NCBI GenBank assembly: GCA_973851085.1
Contig: OZ316775.1
Span: forward strand, 15,624,001-15,688,000
DNA length: 64,000 nt
From: Ptychomitrium polyphyllum
Lineage: Eukaryota
Direction: 5' to 3'
This document shows, one piece after another, positions 1 to 12,300 of the stretch. The number at the start of each line of letters is the position of its first letter. The first letter of the stretch is position 1. The position numbers and the translations under genes are program-made. Under the pieces are notes generated by a model. That model saw only the letters and a program-made list of their open reading frames with translations. It was not told the origin of the DNA and did not search any database.

Positions 1-298
1 ATGCTATATTCCAGCAATCTGAGCACATTCCTCATTTACGCAATGTAGTTACCAGTCGTGTTTAAATGTTGTAATTTATATGCAGAATTTAAAAGGATTT
101 ATGCATTCAACTCAATCGTGCTTGATCTGATCAAAATGTATCAAAGCAGGTGTAGTCTAACAAGATCTAGATTAGAATGTATCCTCTCAGTACTTGCTGG
201 AAGCAGCCAACCTTCCTCTGCAATAGTATGACTATCAGGTACAAATGGATTAGTAGTTGTAGCGCTAGTAATGTGGTGAGTTTTAACTGCCTATGCAG

Positions 299-1622
299 GT
301 CTGGCATGGCGAAGATTACATATCTCTTGGGTTTTTATTTGGAGAGAAAACTAGAATTGCCTACATATCTGATGTATCTCGGTTCCCTACTGAGACGGAG
401 CATGGTACTATCCGCTGGCTTTGCGTTTGGCACTATATCTGTTCCACTATATCTGTTCCGCTCAATTTTATGTATGTTGTCAATAGCTATAGCCTATAGG
501 TTGTTGTGCTCCTCTGATGTTGCATGTCCTGTTGGTGCTGACAAAAGCTTTTTTCTCTCTTGGGAGGGCTTTGTTACAGTAATATCTAAAGAACATGGTG
601 GCCAAGTGGACTTGCTTTTCGTGGATACTAATGGTGTGGGGTTACCGTTGGGAATGACTCATCTGGCAGCTATTGCCAAATATGGAGCAGGCCAAGTCGA
701 TTTACTTTTTTTGGATTCGTTGTATAAGGTGCTAGAAATTCTTCCAAGTCCTTCTTGCTTTAGTGCAGCAAAGTTCAAACTTCGTTGCTTGAAGTACACT
801 ATTGTTCTGCCTTTGGTACTTTCAGGATTTGTTTCTCAAGTTATTTATAAATGGAGCTTCTGATTTTTCCCTGTACTGACGATTGTCTTGCGTCTAATTT
901 GTTCAGAAAACCGAACACAACACACATTTGACGTTCCCAGAAGTAATATTTTTTGCACTGATTATGTACTTTTCAATCTATCGTTATGCTACGATGCCCG
1001 AGATATTCCAGTTTCCCATGCACATAGTTGTATTTATCAGTATATTGTTATGACATCTAAGTGTATTTTCTTCGCTACAGCAATCTTGATTCTGGTTCTA
1101 GGGAGGTTCTTACTGAGATGTTGGTTGTTTGTGTGCAGAGTTTGGCCGTGATAAAAAAGTTGCAGCCAAAATGTGCCTTTTTGGTAGGGATGACGCACGA
1201 GTTTGAACATGGACTGGATACCAAAATACTAGCCGAGTGGTCGTCAAGGTGCTCTTCATATCCATGTCATTTAATGATTTTAGAAGTTATATAATTGATG
1301 TCTAGATTGTTGGTTTATAATGGGTTGCAAGCACATCTTTGGTCATCTTGTTGGTTGTTGCCTTTCTGTCAGAATTCGCTGTCTTCTCAAGTATCAAGAT
1401 GCCTAAAATTAAAACGTAACATGTGGAAGATGATGTGCGTTTGCCATAAAGTGGGGTGATGTTGGCTCAGCAGACTGTTGAATGATATCTGGTAAAGCTG
1501 AGGTTTTAGTTTCTGTGAACTTTACTGATTCGGAAAATCTTGTGTGGATGGTTTGTTGCTGCAGAGAGGGCATTCCTGTGCACCTGGCCTATGACGGTCT
1601 CTGCATTCCTGTTGAATTATGA
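299..1622 (+). CDS. 3' portion of a metallo-beta-lactamase-fold hydrolase (PhnP / C777.06c-like); gene starts upstream of the window
   Basis: GT-AG exons join in frame: 299-404 (VWHGEDYISLGFLFGEKTRIAYISDVSRFPTETEH), 670-728 (AIAKYGAGQVDLLFLDSLYK; alternative copy from 580), 907-942 (KTEHNTHLTFPE), 1139-1248 (SLAVIKKLQPKCAFLVGMTHEFEH...WSSR), 1565-1622 (EGIPVHLAYDGLCIPVEL*). The YISDVS, GMTHE and AYDGL motifs are typical of the plant PhnP-like family. Confidence 0.88.
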
Positions 1623-3577
1623 AAGCACCATTTGTAAGAGCCAAATATGTTAGGGGCAAATTTTTATCACTACACATGCATTGCTTTTGTAATTTTAAAG
1701 TGGAATTGAATAAACCACTATAAGTGATAATAGGTGACTGCAATTCAAATTATCATTGTAGTGGTCATATTAATTTAGCCTAGTCATGCTTGCAACACTT
1801 GCTATTGAGTCCAACAGCTGAACAATGCAAATGACTTCTCATGGTGAGAGGATTTATCATAGGCAAATCCTTTGTTCTTTGAGGGATTTGGATACATTTG
1901 TTTTGAATGAATATTAACTCTTTGTTAACTAAATAAACAAACTCAATTTGGCCTCATATTATGGACAAATACATAATGTTATCTTTTGTGTTACTTATTA
2001 TTTGTGTGGACTGGTGAGAATTTTCAAGTAGGTTATGTTGTAATTAATAGCAGATTTAGAACTCATTGCATTCACATGTGGCATATAAAATACCTTTAGC
2101 ACCAAAGGTGATATTGGTTGACTTTGGTTTAAAGTTCAATATGGTGCCTTGCTCAGGAACATGGAGAATATATCTTTCTAAATACGCTCACAAGGGAACA
2201 AAGCACAAATACTTTGTTATCGTACACACTCAATTTTCATACTTAATTCCTTTTCAACAATTATATGCAATGACAATAAGTATCATGATAAAATGTGTAA
2301 TTAATATCAATTATTGACCATGCCAATGGGGTTGTATAAGTGATGTGTATAGTACATGCGAGCGCATAAGAGTGTAAGATAGGATATTAAGAATGTTTCC
2401 ACGAAATCTCGACTTTTTAGGGACTTTTAAACCTTCACAATCATGGGAAGATTCCTCCATCTCCACAGTCATGGGTTCAAATTTTGGATATCCATTTTCA
2501 TCTGAGTATTAAAAAAGCAATCGTTGATAAAAAAACTACAGGGAATCACAATCCTTATGGACTGTTCTGCAAAAACTTCCTTGTAACGACAAACAGTACT
2601 TCAGGTTGTTATCATAGTCCAAGAGCATTTACTAATGTAAACAAAGTTAATCCTCATACACATAAAAATGTCCAGGCATTGACCCAAGTCTAAAGTCACA
2701 AGTTGTATTCGGCAATGTAAGCACTGCGTTTGTGAAATAGCCCCCCAAAAGGCAGGAATAACACACATGAGCCTCCAGTGAACTCAGGCATAAAGCTCAA
2801 ACCAACTTGGCCTCCATGATTTGAGCTCCTGCAGAAACACAGAATTTGCTACAAGTGTCACATGCAAGCAAAATCACTGGAGTATTTGCCTGGCAAAAGC
2901 CCAGGACTGAGAGGTTGACATTCATACGACCAGGGGGTAGAAATGTCCAGATTCACTGGACGAGGATTTGCCGTCAGTGATTCAGTTACTGTACTCGACG
3001 TCCCATGAAAGACAGAAAAAATAATTCACATGCTGCCAAAAGGTCGAGCAAAGACAGCACTAGACAGGCGTTATTATTGATGAATCCATCAATTTTTCAG
3101 TAAAGACATGACCTAGAACAGAGGAAGTTTTTGCGAAGAATGCAAAGACCAACTATGTTGATGATGTCAAAAAGGGTTGAGATCGATCAAAACTGGTAGC
3201 AAAGATCTTTGGTATAAAGGTGGAACGGCGAATATTGGATCCAGAAAATAATAAGAATAATAATAATCCATGAGTTGCAAACTCACGCCAACTAAGCCAT
3301 GCCCTAAAAGCTTCTGTGATCCAGTAGCATTATATCGTCTGCTGCTGTGCCAACGCCGGTGTCTGTATCGATGAGGGAGGGAGGGGAGAGAAAGAATCCC
3401 AAAGCCCAATCCCGAGATAGTATCCCATCTGTGTCGGTGATCGTCAGTCGATCTACCTTCCTGAGCCGCCGAGAAACCGATCAATATGCTACACATGAGA
3501 AAGAGAGGGTGAAGTCGTTCGAACCAGACATTTTTATCTACACAACAAAGATGGCATCCCCCTCAGGCTTCCGTCCT

Positions 3578-4774
3578 TCACTCGCTCTTCACGTCCTTCT
3601 GGTAGAACACAATGTCGCCCTCGTCGGCCACGAAGTGATCCTCGCTGAAGCTCTTGACGATCACGGGGATGAGGTGCAGCGGCAACGCGCCGGACTTCTC
3701 CGGCTCCCGGTAGTACTTGCCAAGAAGGGGCTTCACGGCCGCCGTCGCCTCGCACAGATGGTAATGCGGTATCTGGGGGAACAGATGGTGCACCACATGA
3801 GTCCCGATGTCGTGGTGGATCTTGTTGAAGAACCCATAGTCACGATCGATCGTGGATAGCCCGCCGCGCATGTAGCTCCACTCCTGGCCTCGGTACCACG
3901 GCATCTTCTGCTCGTATCCGTGATGGTGGAGGTATGTCACGGCGTCGAGCCACATCACGTTGACGATGTAGGGGACGAAGTAGAGCTTCAGTACCCACAG
4001 AAGCCCCACCTGGGAGATTGCGACGCAGAGAAACGCCACCATCGCCGCCCAGCAGGCTGTGGAGGTGGCGACTTCATTCCACTCGCTGCGCTCGAAGAGG
4101 TCGCTGTTGGGATTGTAGTGGGAACCGTTCTTGCCGGGCGAGCGCGTCCAGAGGTAGATGGGGTAAGCGAAGAGGGGGACCGGGAGTTGCAGGCGCCCCA
4201 ATCTAGCCCAGTAGTCGAGGGTTTTGTACAGAGAAGCCGTCATCGGGTACCACGACTCGTCGTTCTCGACGTGACCGTGGTTGGCGTGGTGCGTGCGGTG
4301 GCTAATGCGCCAGCCGTGGTAGGGGACAAGGATGAAGGAATGCATGAAATGACCGACGACGTTGTTGAGGCGCCGGGAGGCAGAGAAGCTGCCGTGGCCG
4401 CAGTCATGGCCCAGGACGAAGATTGCCCAGAACATGGTGCCCTGCGCGAGCCAGTAGAGCGGCCAAAACGCCCAGCTGTTAGCGGTGGCCGCAACGTACG
4501 CCAGGGTGATCACCGCCCCGACGTCGCGTGCGACATAACTGAACGACCTCGCAACGCTGCGCTCCCAGCAATGCTTCGGAATGGCGGCGCGTATCTGACC
4601 CAAACTGAACGGCGGCTTCGCCGACGCATCGAATTCCTCCTCCTCCTTCGACACCGATATTGCTGCAATCTTCCCTTGCGGGACCACTCCCACATCCTCC
4701 ACCACCACGGGCGGAATGCCGTCGGCGATCTTGTTCGCCTGATCTAACGAGATCATCCCCCTCCGGGACGACAT
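3578..4774 (-). CDS. FAD3: Omega-3 (delta-15) fatty acid desaturase, FAD3/FAD7 family, intronless, 398 aa
   Basis: Single ORF with three His boxes (HDCGH, HRTHH, HVVHH) and FAD3/7/8 motifs ([34 protein letters not shown]). There is no long transit peptide and the C-terminus ends FYQKDVKSE, suggesting the ER type. The symbol is a family-level call. Confidence 0.93.
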   Translation of the reverse strand: MSSRRGMISLDQANKIADGIPPVVVEDVGVVPQGKIAAISVSKEEEEFDASAKPPFSLGQIRAAIPKHCWERSVARSFSYVARDVGAVITLAYVAATANSWAFWPLYWLAQGTMFWAIFVLGHDCGHGSFSASRRLNNVVGHFMHSFILVPYHGWRISHRTHHANHGHVENDESWYPMTASLYKTLDYWARLGRLQLPVPLFAYPIYLWTRSPGKNGSHYNPNSDLFERSEWNEVATSTACWAAMVAFLCVAISQVGLLWVLKLYFVPYIVNVMWLDAVTYLHHHGYEQKMPWYRGQEWSYMRGGLSTIDRDYGFFNKIHHDIGTHVVHHLFPQIPHYHLCEATAAVKPLLGKYYREPEKSGALPLHLIPVIVKSFSEDHFVADEGDIVFYQKDVKSE

Positions 4775-5398
4775 CGCGACGCACTCTCTATCTGACTCTC
4801 ACTCTTCCTCTCCCAAAACTACTCCACAACAATCAATGAGAGAGCAGAACCTCAACAACAGATGAAGAGTTCAATGATGACATATGGGTCTGACTCACAT
4901 TGTTACCAACAACTCGAGAAGCGAGCTGCACCGTCCGAGGACTGATGACTTGTGTGAGAACCAACAGGCATAAAAAGGATTGAGCTTTTGAGACTGAAAC
5001 TCGGACTCCTTTTCGATGTGACCTATGAACGTAAAAGTTTGCGTTCAACAGAACACATCTGGAAAGACGTACGGAATACCTGCGTTGCAACATGGGCCAT
5101 CGATGCTAACTATGTAGATCCTACTACAGTCCTCTTCTCATGCACATGATTCCCTGGCCAGTTGGTTAGTTTGGGTTCGGTTTGCGTTCTGGTTTGGTTT
5201 CAGGAATGGTTTTCGTGGACCCCCCGCGTTTGAGATTTGTGGGAGCCACTAGGGCCTGCGAGAGGGCGCCAATGTGCCAGAGGCAGGGGTTTACGGGGGT
5301 GACAGGATGTGCTTGGTACTTGCACCCAAGGTTCGGAGGTGTACGATATTTTGCAGATCGTCTTAGTCAGGACTAGTACCGTCTACCGCTCTATAACG

Positions 5399-5446
5399 CC
5401 CTTTTCTTTTCCCTTTTTCCCCTTTTTTCCCTTTTTCCCCTTTTTA
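5399..5446. repeat. Polypyrimidine tract of degenerate CCCTTTTTC units
   Basis: cccttttcttttccctttttccccttttttccctttttcccctttt, seen directly upstream of the desaturase. Confidence 0.7.
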
Positions 5447-8048
5447 CTCAACTGCACCTGAATAGTAAGATAACAGTCGTGGTTTTGATGAATCTTGTGT
5501 GCAAGGGGTCGCCATGTCTGAACAGACTTCGGTAGTGGTTCAACTTCTCTCTGTTCAGTGTTGGTGTGGTGTGGCATGATGCTCTTGGAAGATTCGAGGC
5601 CGGGGATCCAACCGAACCGGCAGCGAGTGCTAAGGATCCGGGTGGGTGTGGGGGTTCATATTTTTGTTTCTTCTACATGAGAGGTGATTCTTGGCACGTC
5701 AGCGCCTAGGAAGAGATCGAAACGATAATTATGTGTGCTTTGCTAAGACGTCTTCATCAAGAGACTGAAATTGAAGTCGTGTAGTAGACGTGGGACATCG
5801 ACCTGAGATGGTCGATTGAGCGCATGAATTGTACAATGGTAACATCATGCTAGACTCGTACATATATCCGTGAATTACTTATACACACAATTCGTTTGTT
5901 ATGTACCGTACCAACTTGGCGACGCAGCTGATTGGTTTGCACTATCGGTTCTTGCCGCCGATCGAAACTTGGTCGGTCCATCTTGAACTCTAGGTTCGAT
6001 CTCTAGTGAACTTTGTTCGTGCTTGCGACGGATTATTATTAAGCTTTGTTGCTTTTGGGAATAACGGAGTTGCTTCTACAAGGGTTCGATCAACCCTGTG
6101 GTTGTTATTGAAGTGTAATCATCTGTCACGTCCATGACACTGGTGAGCCCTGAAAGAGAGCCCGAACGAGAGTTTGGAGCGCCAATGTCTTTTTAAGGCC
6201 TGTGTCGTATTGGGTTTAGTTTGTGTGGGAGACCTAATGCTCAGGGGGTCACAGGTCAAGTTTTCATTAGGGCCTACAAGATCTGCAGCTAACCCTTTCC
6301 AGCATGACAAACGGAAATTACACGATCGTAAGTTTGGGCGGACGGAATCGCAGACGTAATGCCAGGTTTTCCAAACCCACTCCAACTAAGGTTAATTTGG
6401 TAACGACGAACTTGACATCTGCTTTGAAAGTCATATCACCGATGTTCGAGGTTCCTTGCAGGAGAAATACATGTACAATACCAATGTATTCTTACTTTCA
6501 CTATGTTTCGTTGCCACATTATACGTTTAGCTCTGAAGTGGAATGTTACCGACGTCTAACGGTGTAATCAACTCGTCGACCGGTCGTATTCGCTGCTTAC
6601 ATGTGCCTCAATGAAGACTTTCTCGCACATAAGCCAACGACGTCGGGTTGGCTACGTCACTATGATAGTTTACACATTGTTCTCCATCCCTGAACACTCA
6701 ACAGGCACAATATTAAATACATGCAATTTTACCACAAGTTAACAGCGCTGATCAGAGTGTGCAACCAGCTGCTTGGAAGTTGATCAGTACGTTAAGCTTA
6801 CGTATATGATTGGTATTCCACAACCTGAGACCTCTCCACCACGCCATCTGAACAATCTGACAGATTTAATATTAATGATGCGCCACTTGCATACGTGAAC
6901 TGCAAATGGCCTGAGATAAAAATAAACATAGAGTTCACCTCAATATCAGAATCCTGATCCAATTTCTACAGTTGGATCAGTCAGAAATTCACGAGCCATG
7001 AATTTTGTAAAAGATTCACCTGCATGAAACGAGAGCCATCAGGCTACATGGCAGTGGTTTCAGCCTAATCAAGCAGTCTGCACCGCGCAAAGCCTAGATC
7101 CTTAAAATTGCCAATTAGCAGACTGAGACATGATCTGACGCCGAGTACATGCTGCAAGGGACATATAATAAGCCACAACATCAATCAACCTATCAAACAT
7201 GAAGGCGACTGAGATATAACTTATGCACCAGCTTTCAATCCCAGTATTCCTGCCAGTCTTCCTTGATCGATCTCGCAGAATCAAGTGATCTTTTTCGACA
7301 CAATCCCGCCTCCCCACCCCAATATTTGTGGCTGATCAGAGAAGGTCCATTACAGCCACAGATCAGAGAGATGCTCAGTTCGATTTATCTCCTGATAAGG
7401 GACCTTCTAAATGAACCCAGGCAAAAGAATTTCAATTAACTTCAAGTCTCAACTTGAAGACTAGGGTAAATTTGTAAACTTCCAGTAGTGATAGTACTCC
7501 AGCTAGCTTATTTCAGTTAATACCGAGATTAATGTAGATACTCATTTTGATCCCAAAAAGAAAAGGTTGCTTGAAAAGTAAACCTGAGCTAAAATTGTGT
7601 GTTTGATCAGAGAGACACCGAAGCAGCCACATAGCCCTAAAAAGTGTCCCTGTTGTTTCCTCAATAGGGGGGCGAAAAACCATGCATCTGCAGTGGCCTC
7701 CCGTTTGCAATTCGGAACCAGGATATTTCTTCCACAGTTATTATTTGTCGTTATGGAGGCGTCGAGATTAGAACTTTGGAGTTCTGCACATGTCTACTGC
7801 TGCCTCATGTTTGCACATTGCTCGCATCTTACACGGATATTATGTATTTTTTAAATGTATGCTTGCTGTAATATTTATGGCTTCTCTTTGATGTAATATA
7901 CAGTACTGCTGAAACGTTTTGAAAATCCTTCAGATGTCCCAAAACTAGGGACACCAGGGAATCTCTTCTGTATCATATTGACATGGGTATGGGTAATGAT
8001 CTCAAAATGAACGTCTGCCATACTCCATATTAGCTTGATGTCAACTTA

Positions 8049-8294
8049 AAAGGATGTAGATTTTAGATTTAAAGGATGTAGATTTTAGATTTAAAGGATG
8101 TCAAAATGACAACCTTGTGTATTTAGTTAAAAGAATGTCAAAATGGCATCAAAATATCAAAATGGCATCAAATTGGCACAGGTTAAAATGATGTCAGTAT
8201 GAAATTTTGTGTGATTTTAATATCATTTTAACCAACATCATTTTCATGTCATATAGGCATCATTTTGACTTCATTTAGATTTGTGCCATTTTGG
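8049..8294. repeat. 22-bp tandem repeat (about 2.4 copies) followed by an AT-rich, imperfectly inverted subrepeat block (MITE/foldback-like remnant)
   Basis: AAAGGATGTAGATTTTAGATTT at 8049, 8071 and partially 8093. Repeated AAAATGGCATC/AAAATGATGTC units are followed by their reverse complements (GCATCATTTT, GTGCCATTTT). Confidence 0.55.
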
Positions 8295-9384
8295 TACACA
8301 ATGGTAGGAGAGTTATGTGAAAATGTTAAGTTATATGTTATTGTCATTTTCTTGGTGGAAGTGAATGTAGACCTTTTTGATTGCTTTAACAATGAAAATA
8401 AATCTTACATACCATGTCCCAGACAACTAACATCTTCATAGCATGCACATGAACATGTCTAATTTGTGTCCATCTTTACAACACTACAATAAAATTGCTT
8501 CAAACGTCTTCAAGCACTTCAACATCAAAATATCTGTAGCATGCTTTACTAGTAAGGACTCATTGCAATGAATTCATGAGACTGAGTCTAGTTTGGTGAC
8601 TTAGCTCAGAGACTTAGCTCAGAAGATGGCAAGGGGTGTTGAGAGAGTTCATAAAAGAATGTTAGCAGGACAATACAAATATGAGGGTTCATTAAGATAC
8701 ATATTAAGACATTCATTTCTGGTAATGGAATCATGCAAGATTGAGGACCAAACCCTGGAAAATATCAATATGGAAAACAAGTATCACGACTGAGGTTTGA
8801 ACTATATCATAGAATACACAAACGGGTCAATGTGAAAGAATTGGTATCGTCCATTCAGAAGTAGCCTTCATTTAGAGCAGCGTTACAAGGCAATGTAACG
8901 TGAGGATATCCGGAGATATAATATCTCCAAATTGTGTACTAGGCCTCCAAACTCAATATTAAGCAGCATAAAATCACACCCTCTGTGATGAACAGGGATT
9001 GGCATCAATACCTCTCGTCGAGCAGGAATTGACTGAGAAACTGTAGCAGTCTAGAAGAAATACTGTATAATACCTCATGGCACAGCTTCCCAGGTTCAAG
9101 GTTTGCTATTTCTCTGTACAAAATATCTTTGCTTAGCCCAAGGGCTAGCAACTTTTCCTTTACACTCGAACTAAGGAGGATGACTGCTCAACTACACCAT
9201 CACAACTATTGGCCAGCAAAAAGTATTTGAAGATACAGTGGCGAGTAATAGAATCAGTAAGACCACTTTGCTACGTCACTCATAGCGGCTCCTTACATGA
9301 ACAAAATAGAGCACAAAATGGGGATTGAGAGCCTACAAAAGCGATCAAAACTGGGAATTGCAGGAGAGGCTGGAGTTCAGCAAC

Positions 9385-12300
9385 TTAGAACGTTCTGGAA
9401 TACTTCTTGATCTCATACATGATTGAGGAGATCGACACAACGTCTTTGCCAAGCGCATCACCTCCACCAACACGCTTGAGCGAGTCAGAGAGGCGTGTAT
9501 AGTACAAAAGTAGCTGTGTAAGCGCGGCTCGCAATATCTCCATACCACACACGAAGTTGCTGAAGGAGGTGATGACATCCTTGTGCATGACTTCGATCGC
9601 AGTCTTCCATCGAATTGCAAAGTCCTTCACCAGGGGCTCAACTTCTTCAAGTCTAATAGGGTGTGCGTTGCTAGTCCCAGTATCCTCACCTGATATCATG
9701 CACATGCAATTCTTCAGCAAGACTCGACATCCGGTTGAGGAAAATTATACAATCATACACTAGAGGGAGTGCCGAGATGGTTCGTCAGCAGTAAGTCAGT
9801 GACAAACCTGCGCGTGTTTTTACAAATGCTATAAGCGCACCAAAATGCTCCCTGAGTTCCTCCTCCTGCATACAACAGTGATGATCATTAGACAATTCAT
9901 TGAAGCTGACGTAATGTTTAACTTGATGAAAATAAAAATGCCAACCGGATTCAGGCAGCCAATGTTACATTGGAACGTACCACAAACACTGTAGTACTGC
10001 TTTTCAATAGTTCCTCAAACTGCTGTTGTGTTTTTCCACCATCTGTACCAGCTTCCTGAAGAAGAAGAAGATAAAACACCCAGATCCTGTCAAATTATAA
10101 TTAGCTTAAACAGAATAATATCTACAACATTATTTTGAGGAACAGATCAGAGGACAGATTAATTAAATCTGGATGCTAACCTTGAGAACAGAAAGTACAA
10201 GGTCGTAGTTATTGATGAGAAAAATAGTCTGCTGCTTTTGCTGTCGGAACATTCGTGCAAGCTTTACCAGCAAATCATCTATGGCCACACGTAATCGCTC
10301 CAAATTTAAATCTAGCTGCACACCTCAAAAAGATTGGTCAGTACGAATAAAAGGTCGGTGAACTAACCTTGGGGACTTTCAAATGTTTCCTGCATTAGAT
10401 AAAATTTTACTTTTGAAAGTATTAGTTTTCAAAACCACGTTGCACAATTCCAAGTCAAGCAGACAGGTGATCAATTAAATGCCTGGAAAGATATTTGGAG
10501 CCCACGTAGAGCAATCGCCCACCTGACCATCTCCATTCTTAATCGTAAGGTGGAGAAGGCTTGCGGCAAATTCAGCATAGCGCCTGGTCACGTAGTGTGG
10601 ACGAACATCATCTTCCCAAAGTGCTCGGGGATTAGCTGTTCGTAAACTGCTGAGATGCATGTCAAATACCAGTTTGAAGCGCGGCCATAAGACAAGAACC
10701 AACTGCGTTCACCGTCACTCACCCAATCTTAGCCGACAACAGGAAATGTGTTCATTATATCTAAATGTAACTTTTCGTCAACATGCTGGAGTGTCTGGTA
10801 AAGTATTCACAAGCTTCTACACATTCCAAAGCACGTTAACGCATCTGATCGCCGGATCATACTGCAGATAAGGTTAGTTTTGAGGTTCCACCGTCATAGT
10901 AATTTGCGATTACCACACTCAATCGTTCAACAGCTGGTCTAGCTGTTTCGCTGAAGTACACTCACTGCTCACATGAAATACTCTCAAAATGTTGAGATGC
11001 TCGTTAAACACGAATACTCACAAAAGGTCGGGCACAAAGAAGAGTATACTTCAGGAAATTATCCAGATCGAGCAAGAAAATTTATCTAAACGAAGAATAC
11101 CAGCAGAACAAAGTAAATTGACTTCGCATTACAACTATAGGATTGAATAAGAGCAAACAATTCGCCATTCAAACTATTAGCCTCTTAAAATACTCAAAAA
11201 TTCGTAAATTCAAACTCGTGTAATCAACAGGACAATTGCACGAAAAACTCAAAGAGCAAAAATATGGACGTTCACCTTGTCAAAGTAGGAGTCCAGTGAC
11301 GGAATCCTTCTATTCCACATGATGAGCTGCATCCATGAATTTAAAAGCATGTCAACTTTCAGTTATCAGACATATAATCAAGGAAACAATTATGAACAAG
11401 CATCCAACAAACTAAAAACGCTTAGCATAGTCATAACAAGCTTTCAAAACTTTACAAACAAGAATCACCTTATGCTCATTCGTCAGCCGGATCATGAGCA
11501 GGAGACCAATAGCGTCAAAACAGTTTGGTAGAACTGCATTCGTATGCTCTTCAATAACGGTAAAAGAACCTGAAAAGCAGAGATTGAAAGTCACTATCCT
11601 GAACCTGACGCAACGTAGACCTAGCAGGTCAGCTAGAATTGTGTACATCAGTCTACTCTAAGCTTAAAGAATTAAGAGATGAAGATGCCCATACCCGCAA
11701 AAATCTCACTAAAAATTGAATCCTCTCCAAAAAAGCTTGTGCAAAATAGATACCTGCAAGGTAATTATGATCGTTCAGTAAAACGATGCTACTTCTAGAC
11801 AGTACTAATACCAGATTTGTTCACAAAATTAAAGTCCCCTCTGCAGAGTTAGCACTTTAAAAGTGGCTTTCAAACACTCCATGCATCTCTGGAATACCAA
11901 TAAGTCAGAAGTTCATAACTCCTGAAGGATAAAGAAAGAACCTAACCCAATGTATATGTGCACTTTGATACACACAAACACAGATATAAAAAAGGCTAAG
12001 TACTTTACTCAGAGGTAGCAGTGTCCATAAGAAGCTTGTGCAGACTTCGAAACAGAACTTCGTAGGGGAACTTTTGGCTACTAGATTCAGCAATGTGGGG
12101 AATGATCGCTGGTCCATCCACGTCCTGTACTCCCAATGACACACAATACAAAGAATTTCGCTTAATGCATTATCCTCAAATGAGTCATAAAGTCCAATTT
12201 CAGCGGTTTGTCCTAACTATTTCAAGAATAAAGTTTATTCTGCTTGAACACTGTCAGGAGATATGTGCAGGTCCAGAGACATGCGAAACAGGTTTCTATA

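Noticed and set aside
177..863. 228-aa ORF as a standalone gene
   Set aside because: It runs through introns of the hydrolase gene. Only the part spanning 580-728 is in the real coding frame.
3347..4784. Long plus-strand ORFs (170, 275 and 101 aa) over the desaturase
   Set aside because: Antisense shadows of a GC3-rich coding sequence, with no recognisable motifs.
5990..6100. GGTTCGA motifs suggesting tRNA T-loops
   Set aside because: No cloverleaf, acceptor stem or A-box could be built.
6136..6258. Imperfect inverted repeat with weak miR390-like wording (GCTCAGGGGG)
   Set aside because: Pairing is short and gapped, and the match to miR390 is poor.
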